Shown: in pieces, positions 17,837 through 28,457 of the stretch
How positions within the stretch are numbered: position 1 is the first letter of the stretch
Layout of the letters: each line of letters begins with the position of its first letter
Assembly: GCA_037305845.1 (NCBI GenBank)
Contig: CP147778.1
Location: forward strand, 1,056,001-1,120,000
Reading direction: 5' to 3'
DNA from: Candidatus Freyarchaeum deiterrae
GTDB taxonomy: Archaea > Asgardarchaeota > Jordiarchaeia > Jordiarchaeales > Jordiarchaeaceae
DNA: 64,000 bases
Notes under the pieces: generated by a model
What the model was told of the DNA's origin: nothing
What the model saw: only the letters and a program-made list of their open reading frames with translations
Database searches by the model: none
Program-made: the position numbers and the translations under genes

Positions 17837-18649
17837 ATGAGAATAGTTGTGAAAATAGGTGGAAGTCTTATTGACGAGGATCTATCTCCTCTCGCTCGAG
17901 ACATAAAAGAGGTGGGTAAGGAGCACCAAATAGTCATAGTACATGGCGGAGCAAAGATTGTTACAGAAATAGCGGAAAAACTGGGTAAGGAGCAGAAATT
18001 CGTTACATCTCCCACCGGATTCAGAAGTAGATACACAGATGCTGAAACCGCAGATATTTACACTATGGTCATAGGAGGCACAGTAAACAAAAAGCTGGTT
18101 ACCATTCTCCTAAAAGAGGGAGTTAACAGCGTGGGACTCTCTGGAATGGACGGAGGACTGCTGGTAGCAGAAAGAAAATCACGTATTAAGGTTAAAGAGG
18201 GAAACAAGGTACTTTTAATAGATGGAGACTACACCGGAAAGGTTGTAGAGGTTAATTCGAAACTCTTAGAATTACTACTAAATGCAGGGTATGTTCCAGT
18301 CATTGGAGCAGTAGCAATCGGTAAAGAAGGAGAAAACCTGAACGTGGACGGGGATAGGGCAGCAGCCAGTGTTGCTGGAGCCATCAAAGCGGAAAAATTA
18401 TTAGATATGACGGATGTGCCGGGAGTTCTTGAGAATGAAAAAGTGATAACAAAACTGAATAAGGCAGAGGCGAAGCAGACCATGGAGAAAGTTGGCCCCG
18501 GAATGCGCAGAAAGATCTTTGCAGCATTAGAAGCAATTGAAGAGGGCGTACCAGAAGTAATTATAGCGTCAGGAATTGGAGAGCACCCCATCCTTGATGC
18601 TTTAAAAGAAAAAAACTGTACGGTGATCACGGATGAATCAAGCGAATGA
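17837..18649 (+). CDS. lysZ: LysW-amino acid kinase (LysZ/ArgB)
   Basis: VVKIGGS, VHGG, SRYTD, NVDGDRAAA, GPGMRRK. Confidence 0.93.
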   Translation: MRIVVKIGGSLIDEDLSPLARDIKEVGKEHQIVIVHGGAKIVTEIAEKLGKEQKFVTSPTGFRSRYTDAETADIYTMVIGGTVNKKLVTILLKEGVNSVGLSGMDGGLLVAERKSRIKVKEGNKVLLIDGDYTGKVVEVNSKLLELLLNAGYVPVIGAVAIGKEGENLNVDGDRAAASVAGAIKAEKLLDMTDVPGVLENEKVITKLNKAEAKQTMEKVGPGMRRKIFAALEAIEEGVPEVIIASGIGEHPILDALKEKNCTVITDESSE

Positions 18650-19820
18650 TAAATCAAGATATGTTCATCTGGAAGACACTTTCGAGGCCCAGACCTATGC
18701 CAAAAGACCGGTTGTAATTGTGAGAGGCAAAGGAGCCTTGGTCTGGGATACAGAAGGTAAAGAATATATAGACTGTGTAGCCGGTCACGGAGTAAGTCTT
18801 ACGGGACATTGCCATCCCAAAATTGTAGAAGCCATAAAAAGACAGGCTGAAAAACTCATAACCTGCCCGGGCATATTATACAATGATGCCAGAGCAGAAC
18901 TGGTAGAAAAACTGGCAAAAATAGCTCCTAAAGGCTTAACAAGAACCTTTCTTTCAAACAGTGGAACTGAGGCAGTTGAATGCGCTATAAAAGTAGCCCG
19001 AAAGTATACCGGAAAGAAAGAGATTATAGCTATGACTAAGGGATTTCATGGTCGTTCTCTAGGGGCACTATCAGCCACTTGGGAAAAAAAATACAGAGAA
19101 CCTTTTGAGCCTCTTGTTCCAGGATTCAATCATGTAAAATTCGGCGACGCAGACGAGGTTCGAGAAGCTATAAACGAAAACACAGCCGCAGTGATAGTAG
19201 AACCAGTACAAGGGGAAGCGGGTATTTATCCTGCACCAGAAGGTTACTTGAAAGAGTTAAGAGAGATCTGTGATGAAAAGGATGTTTTACTCATATTTGA
19301 TGAGATCCAGAGCGGACTTGGTAGAACCGGTGAAATGTTTGCATGCATGCATTGGGGAGTGACTCCAGACATAATGACCCTAGCTAAGGGAATCGCTGGA
19401 GGCGTACCCATGGGAGCCACTATTGCCAGAGAAGAAGTAATGAATTCCCTCAAAGAGGGTGAACATGGCACAACCTTTGGTGGAAATCCCCTCGCATGCG
19501 CTGCCGCAAATACTACACTAGATGTCATAGTAGAGGAAAAACTCCCCCAAAGATCTAAGGAACTGGGATTACGTTTAAAGAACGAATTAGAAGCGGTTAA
19601 GCAGAACTCTAAAGCCGTCAAAGAGATTAGAGCACTGGGTTTAATGGTCGGAGTCGAGCTGCGTTTCAAAGTCAAGGACTATGTGTTAAAGTCTCTGGAA
19701 AAGGGACTACTGGTTTTAACTTCAGGACTAACCATTCTAAGATTACTGCCCCCTCTAGTTATTGAGGAAGAGCAGGTTGATAAAACAGCGGAGATTTTGG
19801 CGCAGATATTGGAGACCTGA
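18633..19820 (+). CDS. lysJ: LysW-semialdehyde transaminase (LysJ/ArgD, class III PLP)
   Basis: SNSGTEAVE, FHGRS, DEIQSGLGRTG, LAKGIAGG, HGTTFGGNP. Confidence 0.93.
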   Translation: MNQANDKSRYVHLEDTFEAQTYAKRPVVIVRGKGALVWDTEGKEYIDCVAGHGVSLTGHCHPKIVEAIKRQAEKLITCPGILYNDARAELVEKLAKIAPKGLTRTFLSNSGTEAVECAIKVARKYTGKKEIIAMTKGFHGRSLGALSATWEKKYREPFEPLVPGFNHVKFGDADEVREAINENTAAVIVEPVQGEAGIYPAPEGYLKELREICDEKDVLLIFDEIQSGLGRTGEMFACMHWGVTPDIMTLAKGIAGGVPMGATIAREEVMNSLKEGEHGTTFGGNPLACAAANTTLDVIVEEKLPQRSKELGLRLKNELEAVKQNSKAVKEIRALGLMVGVELRFKVKDYVLKSLEKGLLVLTSGLTILRLLPPLVIEEEQVDKTAEILAQILET

Positions 19821-19823
19821 AAC

Positions 19824-20882
19824 ATGGATCCTCAAGATTTTCTAAAACGAATGCTCGAAATTTACAGCCCCTCGGGGCAAGAAGCTGAACTCGCTAAATT
19901 TCTTCAAACCCAAATGAACACCATGGGTTTTGAAACGGAAATAGATGAAGTTGGAAACGTTATCGGCAGAATCGGGAAGGGTGAACCGACTCTACTACTC
20001 AGCGGTCACATGGATACCGTAACTAAGGAACTACCAGTCCAAGTCATCGATAGTGAATTAACAGGTAGAGGCGCAGTTGATGCAAAATCTTCTCTTGCAG
20101 CTCTAATACTTGCAGCCTCGATTTTTGTTGATCAGAAAATTAGCGGAAGTATACTGGTTGTGGGCACGGTACAAGAGGAAGGAACATCCAGTGGTATAAA
20201 AAACATAGTAGATAAAGGGTTAAAGGCGGACTACTCGATTTTTGGCGAACCGTGCAATACCAATTTTATTGTAGTAGGTTACAAAGGAAGTTTAGAAATA
20301 GAACTTGAGGTCAGAACTAAACCCGGTCATCCAGCTAATCCTACGGTAAGAAACGCTAACGAGGAATTAATATCCATTTGGCTAAGGATAAAGGATGAAC
20401 TAGGAAAATACCAATCCAAATCAAATTATGACTCGGTAAACGTATCACTGGGCCGATTGAATGGTAGAGACAATCAAAGCGTAGCAGAAATAAGGGTTAG
20501 GATACCATTCAAAATGAGCTGCAGTGATACCTATGAAATGATAAATCGTGTAGTTCAAGATTATTGTGAAAAAAATACTGACATTGTGTGCACAACCAGA
20601 CTGATTGATACCACAGAGCCTTACGAGGCTGAAAAAAAATCGCCTCTAATAGAGGCGTTGAGAAATTCAATAAAGCAGATTACAGGGGAGGACGCCCGCT
20701 TAATAAAAAAAACTGGAACCGGCGATATGAACATTTATGGAAACAGCATAAAAACCTCAGCAGTCACCTATGGTCCAGGTGACCCCCGCCTAGACCATAC
20801 AGACCATGAAAGAATATCTATAAAACAGTTTTTAGACACCATAAAAATTCTAACTAGGACAATCGAAAAACTGGTACTATAG
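19824..20882 (+). CDS. lysK: LysW-lysine/ornithine hydrolase (LysK, M20 family)
   Basis: GHMDTV, GRGAVDAK, QEE, GEP, KTGTGDMN, YGPGD..LDHT. Confidence 0.92.
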   Translation: MDPQDFLKRMLEIYSPSGQEAELAKFLQTQMNTMGFETEIDEVGNVIGRIGKGEPTLLLSGHMDTVTKELPVQVIDSELTGRGAVDAKSSLAALILAASIFVDQKISGSILVVGTVQEEGTSSGIKNIVDKGLKADYSIFGEPCNTNFIVVGYKGSLEIELEVRTKPGHPANPTVRNANEELISIWLRIKDELGKYQSKSNYDSVNVSLGRLNGRDNQSVAEIRVRIPFKMSCSDTYEMINRVVQDYCEKNTDIVCTTRLIDTTEPYEAEKKSPLIEALRNSIKQITGEDARLIKKTGTGDMNIYGNSIKTSAVTYGPGDPRLDHTDHERISIKQFLDTIKILTRTIEKLVL

Positions 20883-20888
20883 AGCATT

Positions 20889-21956
20889 TCAAATGCGTTC
20901 TGGTTCTCTTTCCTTCTTATCTTTTCTTTCTTTGATTTTTTTCTCAAGCTCAGACACAAACGGAACCATATCCTCCGAAGGTTCAAAGGGTACAACTCGC
21001 TTCAATGGCCTCATCCACTCTAAAACCAGCGGAGCCTGCCCCAACAAACCAATTATATTTAGAACAGCCTCTTTATTAACCTCAGAAAAAGTGTTTGCTA
21101 AAGAACCAGCGACGGTTTCAAGATCTCCTTTTTGTAAAACATAAGACTTTTCCAGTGTTAGTGACTTGCTAAACATTATAGGTCCTATTTTAGTATCTCT
21201 TTTGCTATCAAAATGAATTTCACCGTTAAGAGTGCAGACATAAGCATTGTTTATATCGGCTTTAAAGCGGCCATTCCACGTAGTTTCCCATTTTTCCTCA
21301 TCACTTCTCTTCTTAGCTGCATGCCTTAGTATTATCCTGCACTTATCACCCATAGGTATGGCTATCACAGAATGTCTTGATTCACCGAACTTAATAACCT
21401 CACTATAAAGAGGAGTTAGAAGTTCTTCAACCCTTTTCCGGAAATCTTTCACTTTAAAACCCAGAAACGTATTCTCAGATAAACTTCTATTCATAGTGCC
21501 TACTATTTTTCCCTCAGTAAAGTCATACTTGGAAAGGGCATTGCAATTAGGACAGGCAAACGAACCAAAGACCCCCCCTTCGGTTTCAACAAATTCCTCT
21601 TCTATCTCCGAATCTAGGAAGAATGCTGCATTACATTTGGGGCAACTTACAATCACTGGCAAAATATTTATAGAACCACGATTTTTGTTAGCATCCACTA
21701 ATCTCTCCGTTTCTTCATATATCGGTTGAACATACACATTAGTAACATCTGCTAAACCCTTCAAAGCCTCTTCCTTATTATTAACAAGAAAATTTCTAAC
21801 AACCCTACGAATAATTTTTTCTCTTTCACTCTTGGCCTCGTCGGAGGTCTCCTTAGCTCTCATAATAATATTTTCCGCTTCTCTCTTAGCAGTCTCCAAA
21901 ATCGAATCTGCTTTCTTTCTAGCGTCAGAAATAATCTTATCAGCTTCCATGGACAA
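20889..21956 (-). CDS. Hypothetical: N-terminal ATPase-stator-like coiled coil + CxxC..CxxC zinc ribbon + unknown domain
   Basis: EADKIISDARKKADSILETAKREAENII; CPKC...CPNC. Confidence 0.7.
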   Translation of the reverse strand: MSMEADKIISDARKKADSILETAKREAENIIMRAKETSDEAKSEREKIIRRVVRNFLVNNKEEALKGLADVTNVYVQPIYEETERLVDANKNRGSINILPVIVSCPKCNAAFFLDSEIEEEFVETEGGVFGSFACPNCNALSKYDFTEGKIVGTMNRSLSENTFLGFKVKDFRKRVEELLTPLYSEVIKFGESRHSVIAIPMGDKCRIILRHAAKKRSDEEKWETTWNGRFKADINNAYVCTLNGEIHFDSKRDTKIGPIMFSKSLTLEKSYVLQKGDLETVAGSLANTFSEVNKEAVLNIIGLLGQAPLVLEWMRPLKRVVPFEPSEDMVPFVSELEKKIKERKDKKEREPERI

Positions 21957-22263
21957 AACTACACTCTCCCTAAACCTTGCCTATAAAAGAAAGGGGTTTC
22001 AAGCAAAACTTACCTAATCTTTGCAAAATATTTTTCCTAATTGCACTCTCATAAAAGCATTCACAAAGCTAATTATTATTATTACAAACCTAATATGATA
22101 AGCGTTTCGATTAATAATATATAAAAAGAGTTAAAACCACTGCAAGTTTAAAGGAAAAAAACCGCAAATCTTTATAAAGGAATAAGTATAAAAATGACGA
22201 AACAACAATTCCGCCAAAAGTAATTGCGGATAAGTGTAAAATAGTTAATTCGGAAGGAGAAAA

Positions 22264-22683
22264 ATGTCGCGAAGAAGGAGAAGAAGTTCAAGAAGAACTC
22301 CAAGACGAGAATCAAGAAGCCTAGCACTGATTGGCGCGATACTGCTGATAGTAAGCCCATTTGTACCAAACATAGCTTTTGGATCGTATACCTCACCCGG
22401 TCAGACATTCCCACAGCTAACAGGTGGTATTGGGTGGTGGTTCCTTAGTCTCTGGGGAATTATTGCTTTGATAATGGGTATGCTTGCCCTAATCGGTTTA
22501 CTTATAGATTCTGGCGACGTAACTATGATTCTTTGTGTACTCGGTGGTATCATAGGTTTACTCATAGGAATATTGAATTTAATTTGGTTCATAACGGGAG
22601 GAATAATTCTAGCCTTTGCACCAGCTACTGCACTACTGGGTGGTTTACTAACTTTACTTGGAGCACTAAGAATCAGAGTTTAA
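22264..22683 (+). CDS. Small membrane protein (about 4 TM helices) with Arg/Ser-rich N-terminus
   Basis: SD AAGGAG; MSRRRRRSSRRTPRRESRS followed by hydrophobic helices; T-run after the stop. Confidence 0.75.
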   Translation: MSRRRRRSSRRTPRRESRSLALIGAILLIVSPFVPNIAFGSYTSPGQTFPQLTGGIGWWFLSLWGIIALIMGMLALIGLLIDSGDVTMILCVLGGIIGLLIGILNLIWFITGGIILAFAPATALLGGLLTLLGALRIRV

Positions 22684-22867
22684 ATGGCACAACCTCTTCC
22701 TTTTTTTTTAATATATTCTCGAATTCTTGAAAAAGAAAAGTAGAAGAGAAATTCTACTCAAAAAATGTTTCAGATTATTTTCTTGCAATCTTCTAGTTTA
22801 TAGTCTCGTACCAGTTAACATATATATGTCAAAATAATCAATATTAATTCGAGAATGTTGCTTTTTT

Positions 22868-22885
22868 TATGTCATTTTTGACATA
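22868..22885. promoter_or_regulatory. Palindrome TATGTCA-N4-TGACATA upstream of the pur operon promoter
   Basis: Perfect 7-bp inverted repeat with nearby ACAT/ATGT half sites; BRE-TATA GAAAAAAAGTTTTATA at about 22924-22939. Confidence 0.45.
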
Positions 22886-23022
22886 TTTATTTTTACAAGT
22901 TTATGTTTATTTACATGAACATTGAAAAAAAGTTTTATATTGTTTGTGTAGATAGTTGGAGTTGTTGGAGTCTTGGGTCTTCCGCGATTTAGAATTAATA
23001 AATGTTGCTCGGAGATAGAAAT

Positions 23023-23775
23023 ATGCCTAACCCTTCGGGTAAGGTTCTTTCTGAGGGCAAAACTAAGATCGTGCGTGAAACTGAACGCAGCGATGTGGTC
23101 CTCTTAGAATTCAAGGACAGTATTACTGCTCTTGATGGAGAGAAAAAGGACATTTTAAGAGGAAAAGCCGTAATAAATTCGCATATATCAGCCTACTTTT
23201 TAGAATTATTGGAAAAAAACGGGGTTCCCACTCACATTATTGAATTTGTTGAACCGAACATGATGATAGCAAAGAAGCTAAGGATGATACCTGTAGAGGT
23301 TGTTTGTAGAAATATTGCTGCGGGGCATTTTGTTAAAAATTTTCCTGTAGCAGAAGGGACGCCGCTAAATCCGCCAATCGTAGAATTTTATCTTAAAGAT
23401 GACACCCGCCATGATCCTATGCTTAATGAGGATCATTTTGTAGTTTTGGGACTTGCTTCTCGAGAGGAAGTTAAAAAGATTAAGGAACTCGCTCTTAAGA
23501 CGAATAAGGTTTTATGTAAGGATTTAAAGGCTAAGGGCCTTATTCTTGTGGATTTCAAGATAGAAGTAGGGCGAGGATCAAATGGCAAAGTTTATGTTGG
23601 GGATGAAATTAACGCTGACTCTATGAGACTCTGGGAAGTCGGCACCAACAGAATTCTGGATAAGGATGTTTACAGAAAAGGTGGATCAATGGAAGAGGTT
23701 TTGAACACTTACGTTCAACTTTATGAAAAGCTTTTAGGAAAAACGCCAGCCATCGGAGGAATCCTAAATGGATAA
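23023..23775 (+). CDS. purC: SAICAR synthase
   Basis: EGKTK, FKDSITA, IPVEVVCRN, VDFKIE, DEINADSMRLW, DKDVYR. Confidence 0.96.
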   Translation: MPNPSGKVLSEGKTKIVRETERSDVVLLEFKDSITALDGEKKDILRGKAVINSHISAYFLELLEKNGVPTHIIEFVEPNMMIAKKLRMIPVEVVCRNIAAGHFVKNFPVAEGTPLNPPIVEFYLKDDTRHDPMLNEDHFVVLGLASREEVKKIKELALKTNKVLCKDLKAKGLILVDFKIEVGRGSNGKVYVGDEINADSMRLWEVGTNRILDKDVYRKGGSMEEVLNTYVQLYEKLLGKTPAIGGILNG

Positions 23776-24025
23776 TTATGTGTTAGAAATTGTGATAGAG
23801 AACAAGCCTGCTGCAAGAGACCCCGAAGGGGAAACTATACTCAAAGATTTAATGAATCAGAATGGGTTTGAAATGGTTAAAAATGTACGCTCAGGAAAAT
23901 TCCTCCGAGTAAATCTAGAGGCTGAGAGCAGGGAAGAAGCCAAGAATATTGTTTACAGAATGTGTAACGATTTAAGGATTTTCAATCCAGTTATTCACGT
24001 AGTCACAATAAACGTGAAGGATTAG
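23768..24025 (+). CDS. purS: FGAM synthase subunit PurS
   Basis: RDPEGETI, VRSGK, FNPVIH. Confidence 0.93.
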   Translation: MDNYVLEIVIENKPAARDPEGETILKDLMNQNGFEMVKNVRSGKFLRVNLEAESREEAKNIVYRMCNDLRIFNPVIHVVTINVKD

Positions 24026-24080
24026 TAAAATAATCATACAATCCAAATAATGTAGGTTTAGTCCCCCTGAGGAGATATTT

Positions 24081-24782
24081 ATGAAAGTAGCGGTTATTAG
24101 ATTCCCTGGTTCAAATTGTGACTTAGACGCAGTACATGTGCTCAGGAATGTTATAGGACTGGAAACAGAGCTGGTGTGGCATAAGGATTTCAAGGACGGG
24201 GACTTCGATGCTGTTATACTTCCTGGTGGTTTTTCTTATGGGGATGCTTTGAGGGCGGGAGTCATAGCCGCGTACAGCCCTGCTATGAAACTGGTAAAAG
24301 AAATGGCTAAAGATGGAAAGCCAGTTTTAGGAATATGTAACGGTTTCCAAACCTTGGTTGAATCAGGCTTACTCAGCGGAGCCTTGCTGAAAAATGATTG
24401 TCTCACATTTGTATGTAAATGGGTTACACTCCGTGTTGATAACACGGAAACCATGTTCACCGAAATGATGGAAAGGGGCCAAATAGTTAGAATGCCCATA
24501 GCTCATGGTGAAGGACGATATTATAATGATGAGGAAGCTATTCGTGAAATGGAGGAAAATCATCAGATTGTTTTTCGATACTCCGATGATAACGGTAAAT
24601 TAACACCTGATTCGAATCCCAACGGATCGGTCGAGAATATAGCGGGTATTTGCAATTTGGAGCGAAACGTTGTGGGTTTAATGCCCCACCCTGAAAGAGC
24701 CTCCGAGCCTATTCTTAGTCCCTTTAAAACGGACCACGGGAAACTACTGTTCGAATCCATGATTAATGCGATTAAAGGATGA
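24081..24782 (+). CDS. purQ: FGAM synthase glutaminase subunit PurQ
   Basis: FPGSNCD, PGGFSYGD, GICNGFQ, AHGEG, MPHPER. Confidence 0.97.
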   Translation: MKVAVIRFPGSNCDLDAVHVLRNVIGLETELVWHKDFKDGDFDAVILPGGFSYGDALRAGVIAAYSPAMKLVKEMAKDGKPVLGICNGFQTLVESGLLSGALLKNDCLTFVCKWVTLRVDNTETMFTEMMERGQIVRMPIAHGEGRYYNDEEAIREMEENHQIVFRYSDDNGKLTPDSNPNGSVENIAGICNLERNVVGLMPHPERASEPILSPFKTDHGKLLFESMINAIKG

Positions 24783-27009
24783 GGCGATTGTAGTGACAAT
24801 AGTTGATGGGGTTCAAGTAGACTTAAAACCCGAAGAGTTGAAACAGGCAGAAAAAATACTGAGAAAAAAGCCTAATGCTGTAGAAGCGGGCATGATAGAT
24901 ATTATGTGGTCCGAGCATTGTTCTTACAAATCTTCAAGACCAATTCTAAAGCTACTCCCCAAGAAAGGTTCTAGAGTTGTAGTTGGACCAGGGTATGATG
25001 CCGGGGTTGTCGACATCGGAGACGATTATGTTGTGGTTTTCAAAATTGAGTCACACAATCATCCATCGGCAATTGAACCCTATAACGGAGCAGCTACTGG
25101 AATAGGTGGAATAATTCGTGATATTTTATGTATGGGGGCACGTCCCATCGCTCTGCTTGACCCCCTACGTTTCGGCTCTCTAAAAAGTCCCCATTCACGC
25201 TGGCTCTTTAAATATGTAGTGAAGGGCATAGCTGATTATGGAAACTGCACTGGTATCCCCACTGTGCGTGGCGAAGTAGAATTTGATGAAAGCTTTGAAT
25301 CAAACTGCCTAGTAAACGTAACATGTGTTGGTATCGCGAAGAAAGGTGATATCTTTTTAGCTGAAGCAAAGTATCCAGGAGACGCGGTTATTCTTGCAGG
25401 TGGCTCCACGGGGAGAGACGGCATCCATGGTGTTACATTCGCCTCTCGGGCACTAACCGAGCAATCTGAGGAAGATCGCCCAGCGGTTCAGGTCGGCGAT
25501 CCCTTTACAAAAAAATTAATCATTGATGCTACGCTCGAAATTTTGAAAACAGGTTTTGTACACGGGTTAAAAGATCTTGGTGGAGGGGGTTTAACCTGCG
25601 CTTCCTCAGAAATGGCGAATAAGGGGGGTACAGGGATTGATATTGAGCTTTCAAAAGTTCACTTGAGGGAGAAAGGGCTTACACCCTTCGATATAATGCT
25701 TTCTGAATCGCAGGAACGTATGCTATTTATTGTAGATCCGAGTGGAGTGGAAACTGTTACAGGGATACTGAACAAGTATGGCTTAGCTTGGAGTAATGTA
25801 GGCAAGGTCACTGAGTCCAGTTATGTTAACGTCTTTCAAAATGGCTCGTTGGTGGCTAAAGTCCCTGCTAAACTATTAGCGGAAGCCCCCACAATAGAGA
25901 GAAAAGCTGAAAAACCATCTTACATAGATGCATTGCAGGCAGTCGAAAAACCTCAGATGCCTGACAATCTATCCGAAACCCTGATTCAACTAATGGCTTC
26001 TGAAAACATTGCTAATAAGGAATGGGTTTATCGTCAGTATGACCATGAAGTAGGCATTGGGAGCATAGTTAAATGCGGAGAAGCAGATGCGGGGGTGCTT
26101 AGAATACTGGGCGAGGATAAGGGTATTGCGGTTTCTAGCGACTGCAACTCTAAACATTGCTATCTTGATCCCTATAATGGGGGGGCCGGTGCTGTGGCTG
26201 AATCTTGTAGAAACGTTGCAGCAGTAGGTGCCCTTCCTATAGCAATGGTAGATGGTTTGAATTTTGGTAACCCTGAAAAAGCGGATGTTTTTTGGCAGTT
26301 TAAAGAAGCGGTACGCGGAATGTCAGATATGTGCAAGGTTATGCAAACACCATGTGTGGGAGGAAATGTGAGTTTTTACAACGAAGACGAAGTGACAAAA
26401 AAGGCAGTAAAACCCACACCAATCGTTGTCGCACTCGGAGTTTTAAACACGCTTAAAAATATTGTAACGTTAACATTCAAAAATGTTAATGACTGCATTT
26501 TATTAATAGGAGAAACTTTGCCCGAAATGGGTGGCTCTGAGTACTATTATTCGATTCACGGTATTGAAGGAGGAATAGCTCCCAAGGTGGATATGAAAAG
26601 AGAGAAAAGCACCATTGACTTTGTTTTATCGTCGATACAGAAGAATTATGTTAACGCGGTCCACGACTGTTCAAAAGGTGGGCTTGGAGTGGCTCTTTCC
26701 CTGATGAGTGTAAAAAGCGACCGTGGCATTGAGATAGACCTCAGTAAAACTAATATAGGAAAACTGAGATTGGACGAGCTGTTATTTTCCGAGAGTCACT
26801 CTCGATTCATCGTAACCACTCCAGAATCTAATGTCAAAGATCTCCTTGAACTTGCTAAGAGACAAGGCATACCCGCATACCATATAGGAAATGTTAGTAG
26901 TTCGTCTCAAGTTGTATTTCGTTATGAAGATAATCAAATTGTAAATTGTGATTTAAAAAATATGAAAACAGCTTGGGAAAATACGATACCTTCGTTTATG
27001 GGGCTTTAA
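24766..27009 (+). CDS. purL: FGAM synthase subunit PurL
   Basis: WSEHCSYKS, ESHNHPS, TGRDGIHG, SESQERM, GGNVSFYN. Confidence 0.97.
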   Translation: MRLKDEAIVVTIVDGVQVDLKPEELKQAEKILRKKPNAVEAGMIDIMWSEHCSYKSSRPILKLLPKKGSRVVVGPGYDAGVVDIGDDYVVVFKIESHNHPSAIEPYNGAATGIGGIIRDILCMGARPIALLDPLRFGSLKSPHSRWLFKYVVKGIADYGNCTGIPTVRGEVEFDESFESNCLVNVTCVGIAKKGDIFLAEAKYPGDAVILAGGSTGRDGIHGVTFASRALTEQSEEDRPAVQVGDPFTKKLIIDATLEILKTGFVHGLKDLGGGGLTCASSEMANKGGTGIDIELSKVHLREKGLTPFDIMLSESQERMLFIVDPSGVETVTGILNKYGLAWSNVGKVTESSYVNVFQNGSLVAKVPAKLLAEAPTIERKAEKPSYIDALQAVEKPQMPDNLSETLIQLMASENIANKEWVYRQYDHEVGIGSIVKCGEADAGVLRILGEDKGIAVSSDCNSKHCYLDPYNGGAGAVAESCRNVAAVGALPIAMVDGLNFGNPEKADVFWQFKEAVRGMSDMCKVMQTPCVGGNVSFYNEDEVTKKAVKPTPIVVALGVLNTLKNIVTLTFKNVNDCILLIGETLPEMGGSEYYYSIHGIEGGIAPKVDMKREKSTIDFVLSSIQKNYVNAVHDCSKGGLGVALSLMSVKSDRGIEIDLSKTNIGKLRLDELLFSESHSRFIVTTPESNVKDLLELAKRQGIPAYHIGNVSSSSQVVFRYEDNQIVNCDLKNMKTAWENTIPSFMGL

Positions 27010-27011
27010 AT

Positions 27012-28457
27012 ATGATTGAACAAAATTGTTTAGATAAGCCGCGTGAACACTGCGGAGTAATAGGAGTTTATGCACCGGACAAATCGATTCAGGTTTCAAG
27101 ATACGCGTTTGATGGCTTGATTGGTCTTCAGCACAGAGGACAGGAATCCGCGGGAATATACGTGCAAAATGGTAAAGGGATCACGGGCCATAAGGACATG
27201 GGTCTTGCCAGCACAGTTTTCACAAAGAAAATTCTGTCCACGCTCTATGGGAACAAGGCAATAGCACATGTCAGATATAGTACCACGGCAGATAGCAATA
27301 TTGAGAATGCGCAGCCCAAAAAGTTCGTTTCTACTCTAGGTTCCTACGCCATCGCCTTTAACGGAACAATAACCAATTTCCTTAAACTAAGAGAGATATT
27401 AGAGGATAAAGGTCATGTTTTCCACACAGAATCAGACACGGAAACAATAGCTCACGTCTTAGCAGCAAATCTGCTGGAAACAGATGATTACAGCCAAGCA
27501 ATAGTCAGAAGTATGAACCAGTTGAAAGGCTCTTACTCTATGGCCATACTGAATGAAAAAGGCGAGCTTTATGCCGTGCGTGACCCATTAGGATTCAAAC
27601 CATTATGCATAGGAAGAGTTAACGGAATTTACATGATTTCCTCCGAAACTGCAGCTATTGAATCCCTCAACGGAACCATTTTAGAAGACGTAAAACCAGG
27701 CCAAGTAAAACTTATTACCGATAGTGGCCCCGTAACACAAGCAGTTGTCAAGGCAGATAGACGTGCCCGTTGTATGTTTGAGTTTGTTTACTTCTCAAGA
27801 ACCGACACCAGATTTGATGGTATATCAATTTACAAGGTTCGGGAAAGACTAGGAAAAATACTCGCTCAAATCCACCCAGTAGATGCAGATATTGTTGTCC
27901 CTGTTCCTGATTCAGGTAGAACTGCTGCGACTGGATATGCGTATGAGTCAGGTATACCCCTGGGAGAAGGCTTAATTAAAAATCGTTACGTTTGGCGAAC
28001 CTTCATTATGCCTGTACAGGTAGAGAGAGAAGACCAGGTTAAACTGAAACTTAACCCGGTCAGAGAACTTATTGATGGAAAAGACGTTGTACTCATGGAC
28101 GATTCTATAGTTAGAGCCACCACCATGAAGAGAATAGTTGACCTCGTTAGAAATGCAGGTGCTAGAAAAGTTCACGTGATGGTTAGCTGCCCACCCATCA
28201 TAGCCCCATGTTACATGGGAATAGATTTCCCAACCAGCCGTGAATTGATTGCTTCAAATCAAACAGTCGAAGAAATTAAAAAATTTGTCGACGCTGACTC
28301 ACTCGGTTATATGACAATTGATGGGCTAATGGAGGGCATTGGATTACCGGAAAACGAGCTTTGCATGGCTTGTCTTAACAAGAAATACCCCGTTGAGTCC
28401 TTAGACACCGATTCCCTGGAGAGCCAGCTCGGAGGTATAAAAAAAATTGAAGTTTAA
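27012..28457 (+). CDS. purF: Amidophosphoribosyltransferase (canonical copy)
   Basis: propeptide-EHCGVIG, LQHRGQE, HVRYST, CMFEFVYF, DDSIVRATT, Fe-S Cys motifs. Confidence 0.95.
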   Translation: MIEQNCLDKPREHCGVIGVYAPDKSIQVSRYAFDGLIGLQHRGQESAGIYVQNGKGITGHKDMGLASTVFTKKILSTLYGNKAIAHVRYSTTADSNIENAQPKKFVSTLGSYAIAFNGTITNFLKLREILEDKGHVFHTESDTETIAHVLAANLLETDDYSQAIVRSMNQLKGSYSMAILNEKGELYAVRDPLGFKPLCIGRVNGIYMISSETAAIESLNGTILEDVKPGQVKLITDSGPVTQAVVKADRRARCMFEFVYFSRTDTRFDGISIYKVRERLGKILAQIHPVDADIVVPVPDSGRTAATGYAYESGIPLGEGLIKNRYVWRTFIMPVQVEREDQVKLKLNPVRELIDGKDVVLMDDSIVRATTMKRIVDLVRNAGARKVHVMVSCPPIIAPCYMGIDFPTSRELIASNQTVEEIKKFVDADSLGYMTIDGLMEGIGLPENELCMACLNKKYPVESLDTDSLESQLGGIKKIEV

